From contig MU053561.1 in NCBI GenBank assembly GCA_013239625.1, forward strand, positions 5,067,214-5,131,213: a DNA stretch of 64,000 bases, given 5' to 3'. Below, one piece after another: positions 59,780 to 64,000 of the stretch. The translations under genes were made by a program, and so were the position numbers. The DNA comes from Lama guanicoe (Eukaryota). The notes beneath the pieces were generated by a model. The model made no database searches. It was not told the DNA's origin and worked only from the letters and a program-made list of their open reading frames with translations. Position 1 is the stretch's first letter. Each line of letters starts with the position of its first letter.

Positions 59780-62415
59780 CTGTAAAGAAACACACACACA
59801 AAAAGATCCAGACTTGACTCATTCTTGGCTTTTCTTCTGTTTTTTAGATGAAAGAAAAATTCATATCTTAAAAGAAGTTGCTTGTAGATTGTTAACTTGC
59901 AGAGATTAAAGAAGAAAGGTCAGAGGGGCTCAAGGTTACAAGTCTTATGAACAGGGAAAGAGAACACGCTGCTTTCTCTTGGCCACCTCCATAACCTGAC
60001 CACCAGGGTATTAAAGAAAAGAAGATCCCTGTGGTTAAGAGTTTCTGATACTGTAGAATAAAGAAGTCTAAAAGTTCAGAGGTAAGCTCTAGTTAAATGC
60101 TGGAGTAACATTTTGCAAAGAATCTAAAAATATCCCTAGAAAGAGTTAAGACAGCTCCCTTGAGATTAAAAGTAGGAATTTAAAAATTTGCGTGCCAATC
60201 AGATAAAATACATCAGGTCAATTCAACCCATAAAACAAAGGGGAGAATTGTTTCTTTTTAAAAGGGTAGTACTTGGAAAATGGAGCCAGATGTGGATGAC
60301 CAAAGGCCAAAATCCTTTGGCAAACAAGCTTATGCCAGCAACAGAAAGCGAACTTCATCGTTTATAGCCATGTGATAGGATTTTAAAGTAAGGCAATAAG
60401 AAAAATATTTAAGAAATAAATAGAGTACCATACTTTGTTTTTAATAGTTACCTAAAAGATACTGTTTTATGTATCATCTGTAGAAACATACTTCAACATA
60501 AAAACTAATCACAAAGAAAATAAATGATCTGTAGTTTTTAACAAGCCATGCCACTTGCAATAGACAACAAATATGTTTTCTGTACTTCTTACAGAAATTG
60601 TGGCATTTTCTGGAAAAAAAATGGGAACAGATTTGAAAGTTTCCTTTTTAAACTTGAATTCTACAGTACAATCACCTACTTGCTTGGGTACATATGGTTC
60701 TGTTTCTTGAATTCAAACTGCAAGGCCATCAACACACTGTTTTAAAAATATTTCTGCAAGTAACAGATCCACTTGTTACAAATACTGGTTCCAAACAAGA
60801 AGCCTTCAAATCAGAGAAACTGCAAACACGTCTGCTACCATAAGCAGAATTCAAAACAAAACAAGAACAAAACAAAAAATAAGAGAAGTATGTTAAGTCA
60901 CACCATGCGTCTTTCCATAAGCCAACACCTGCACAAGACAAAGCATGTAGTTTAATACAGAGCAAGAAAACATTCCAACGTGAGGCAGAAATCTGGCGTT
61001 CCAAGCGACGAACTGTTTTGACAGAGGAAGAACAAAAATATGCAAAGCTTAGCAAGTAGCTAGTGCAAACTTAAGAGAAGCAGCAAAGGAGAAATGTCAA
61101 CTAACATTCCCAATCTCAAAACTATAGGTGTGCGAGTCAAACCAGTTAAAACCAGTGGTGTGGATCAATCAAGTCGGAAATACATCTGACTCCCTTACGC
61201 TCAGGTTTTATGCTTATTATGTAGTTAATTTGGTGGTGACAAAAGACTTTTAAACTGAAAACCAAACAAATTCCAGCAACCAAGTATGTTTCTGAGAATG
61301 TTTTTCACTCACATGAGTCCTTGGGAAACAACAAAAGAAATTTAAAGCCATTTTGAAAGATGCAGAAATATCAGGATTCAACAGTGTCAATTAGGTTTTC
61401 AAATGGTTACCTAATTTTAAATTTTAAATAATAAAATGCTGGATATCAAATAAACAATTCTAACTCCCCCAAATAAACCAAAACATATCCAAAAATCACT
61501 ATTAAGGTTACCAGTCCTGAACAAGGACCTCAAAGTCCTGCTTGTTTGTTTTCCCTAAGACCCATACTAAGACATTTGCTATAAGATATTTAATAGCTTT
61601 TCCCCATGACTTTTCATAAAAAAGGATATTATACTTGCATAAAGTTTTTCAGCCATATTTTTACTTTTGTATAAAGATCTACTTGTAAAATAATTTCTCC
61701 AAAACCCCCTATAAAAGAGTTTTTGCTTTTGATTTCAACCAACAAATGAAATATGATCTAAAAGAGTTCTAAAGGAAACATGTTTAAATGGAAGATAAAA
61801 ACTGCCACTGACCATGAGTGGCAAAGAGGTATCTTCCTGCATTCATAGAGGGAAAGTTAATATCAACTGATAAAGCAACAAATTAAGAGCATCTTAAACA
61901 TTTCTATATGCACACAAGTTTTAGAAGCTTAAAACAACATATAAAGAAGGAAGCTAACTTGCCAAGGAGTTCAAATTTTGGCCATCCGGGTACCTGCAGC
62001 AGAGCCAAACTAAAGGCCATTCATTCCTTCCTTCTCAAGGTATGGTGGGTAAAAGGGCAGAAGACAGATAACAGTGTTGAAGCTCTCCTGAGGCTACACC
62101 AAGAGCTTTTATCACACTAGGCTGGCAAAGAAGAATCATGGGATCTGACTCCTTACAGAGCCACACTGAACATCAGAGTCAAACAGTGCTTCAGCAAATG
62201 TTCGGGAGGAAAACAATGAGACATTAAAGATGTAGCAAGAACACAGCCACAAGATGGCACATGCTTCCATGCCCTCTGCAAAGACTAAGTTAAAATATTT
62301 TTTGTGAAAAATGAGAAAACCAGAAGAAAACAGAACAAAAACAAACAGGAAAAAGTAAAAAAAGAAAGAAACCAAAGAAACTCCGTTAGTAACACAATCA
62401 AGTGAGGGGAATTAC

Positions 62416-62550
62416 CAGTACAGCGGCAGTCTGTTCAACCAGCGCCGGCCGGCCGGCTGCGCAGCTCAGAGTAAAGGGCACCGCATACTGCGGTGTGATG
62501 GTGGCTACTTGAGGGTGGAGAGTTGCTACCATTAGTGGTGTACAGCTTCC
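62416..62550 (-). CDS. HIPK1: HIPK1 coding exon, 135 nt, phase 0/0; [45 protein letters not shown]
   Basis: Manual translation; CAG acceptor 62551-62553, GTAATT donor 62410-62415; in frame with both neighbours. Confidence 0.93.
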
Positions 62551-63483
62551 CTGAAATGTAGATTAGGCAGGTGAGTGAAACAAACACAAAGGCAGGTTAT
62601 CTGGATTCAGAAGGGTTTTCATCCCCCACCCAGTTATTACCACAATAAGCAATGTAACTTCGTATCACTTAAAATGCATGTACAAACACAACTTTACCCT
62701 TCAACTCCACACAGCATTGGCCCACTAGGTCAAATATCAATGGCCCAAAGCAAAAAAGTATAGGAATCCTTCTTGGGTCAGATTCAGAGGATCAGTTCTA
62801 CAAAACGCAATTAACAAAGGCATGTATTAAAGAGTTCTTCCTCTTCCCACTCATGAAATAAGAGTTTTGGATTTCAGAATTTCCTATGTGTCATGGGCCA
62901 TGCATTTATACACAGAATTAAAAATACAGTATTTGTTGCTTCTATGAATATTTCATGATTTTCTTGATCATCTTAGTTGCATTTTCCATGGCAGGTATAA
63001 AGTTTTAAAGCTTTCTACAGCCTAGTAAGGAATGACGGAATGTTAACACATGAAGAGGCATCCTGATATGAACCAGCCTCTCAACCGTGATGAAATCCTG
63101 AAAGAGTGAGCAAAAGGGACACTAAGAAAGCAAAGGGGGAACCTTTCATTTTTAGAATCAGAGTGTTGTTACATGTGTACTGTTCCTTTAAAAGCATCCA
63201 GATAAAAAATTAACTGCATCCCACAAAATTAGAGTAAATATACTCAGAAGACAATTTCTCAAAGTGGGTATCTATCCCTCCAAGTCTAAGGAAGACACTG
63301 GCAGAGTTGCGATAGTGTTAGGAATAAGTACATCATTCCATTATAGATGTTTTATTTTAAGCCCACTGAATCATGACCAAGAAAGATCCTACAGCTAAAG
63401 CAGATGTCACTTTCCAGGACAAAATATCTGACTGTCAATAGTGCTTCAGCACTACTGAGTATTCAAGGAGCTCTGGCTTTTAC

Positions 63484-63605
63484 CTGTGTAAGAACTCCCG
63501 ACTGTATCTGCAGTGGCTGAGCAGCGGGTGCCTGGGGTACAATTGGCACAGCATTATCCACCCTCACAGGGAATCCAGAATGCTTTGTTGTTGCCTGAAG
63601 TCCAG
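63484..63605 (-). CDS. HIPK1: HIPK1 internal coding exon (first one in window); (T)[40 protein letters not shown]
   Basis: Manual translation matches the recalled mammalian HIPK1 sequence; CAG acceptor at 63606-63608, GTAAAA donor at 63478-63483; 122 nt. Confidence 0.93.
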
Positions 63606-64000
63606 CTGTAAAAGCAACACCACAGTTACACTGCTTTGCTAGGTCTGGAGGTACTGCTTGTTTGGGGGTTTTTTGGTTTGTTTTCAGCTTTCTGGTTCAA
63701 ATAATCCATCAACCAGGTTTTAGTTCTAGACACTTAAAGGAGTTTCACAGAAGTCTAGGGAGTTAAGATGCTTGATACAAGGAGGGCTAATTTCAGGAAA
63801 TTCTAAATTTTTTTTTAATCCAACAAAGCTTAAAACATAATGCTCATCCCATTCCCATTAACAGAAGAGGCCAAAACTAACAAACCCCTCCAGTTCATAA
63901 GCTACATTCATCTTTTAATCTACTAAAGAAAAAAAAAAACTTAAGCATTTAAAAAATGTCATCTATTAAAAGCAAAGAGTTAAATATAATTATAACTTTT

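Overview
Mammalian genomic DNA, probably from a camelid (inferred from five copies of a short tRNA-Ala-like SINE resembling the camelid Vic-1 family). The right third holds two minus-strand genes in tandem. The first is the 3' half of HIPK1: 8 coding exons encoding the post-kinase C-terminal region, plus a ~4.3 kb 3'UTR. About 1.7 kb downstream lies the complete 3-exon OLFML3 gene (406 aa). The left ~44 kb is intergenic and rich in transposons: ERV/MaLR solo LTRs including a three-level nest, L1 3' ends, L2/MIR and SINEs. It also contains an orphan promoter-like GC island and several enhancer-like blocks. I found no prokaryote-style novel system. The most interesting signals are HIPK1 RNA-processing features, the orphan promoter, an unidentified retrocopy-like insert and a very recent 216-bp tandem duplication. 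The HIPK1 features are a GC-AG intron, a NAGNAG acceptor, an intronic polyadenylation isoform, an alternative frame reached by exon skipping, and a proximal poly(A) site that removes paired miR-9 sites. Repeat family names come from memory of consensus sequences and are approximate.
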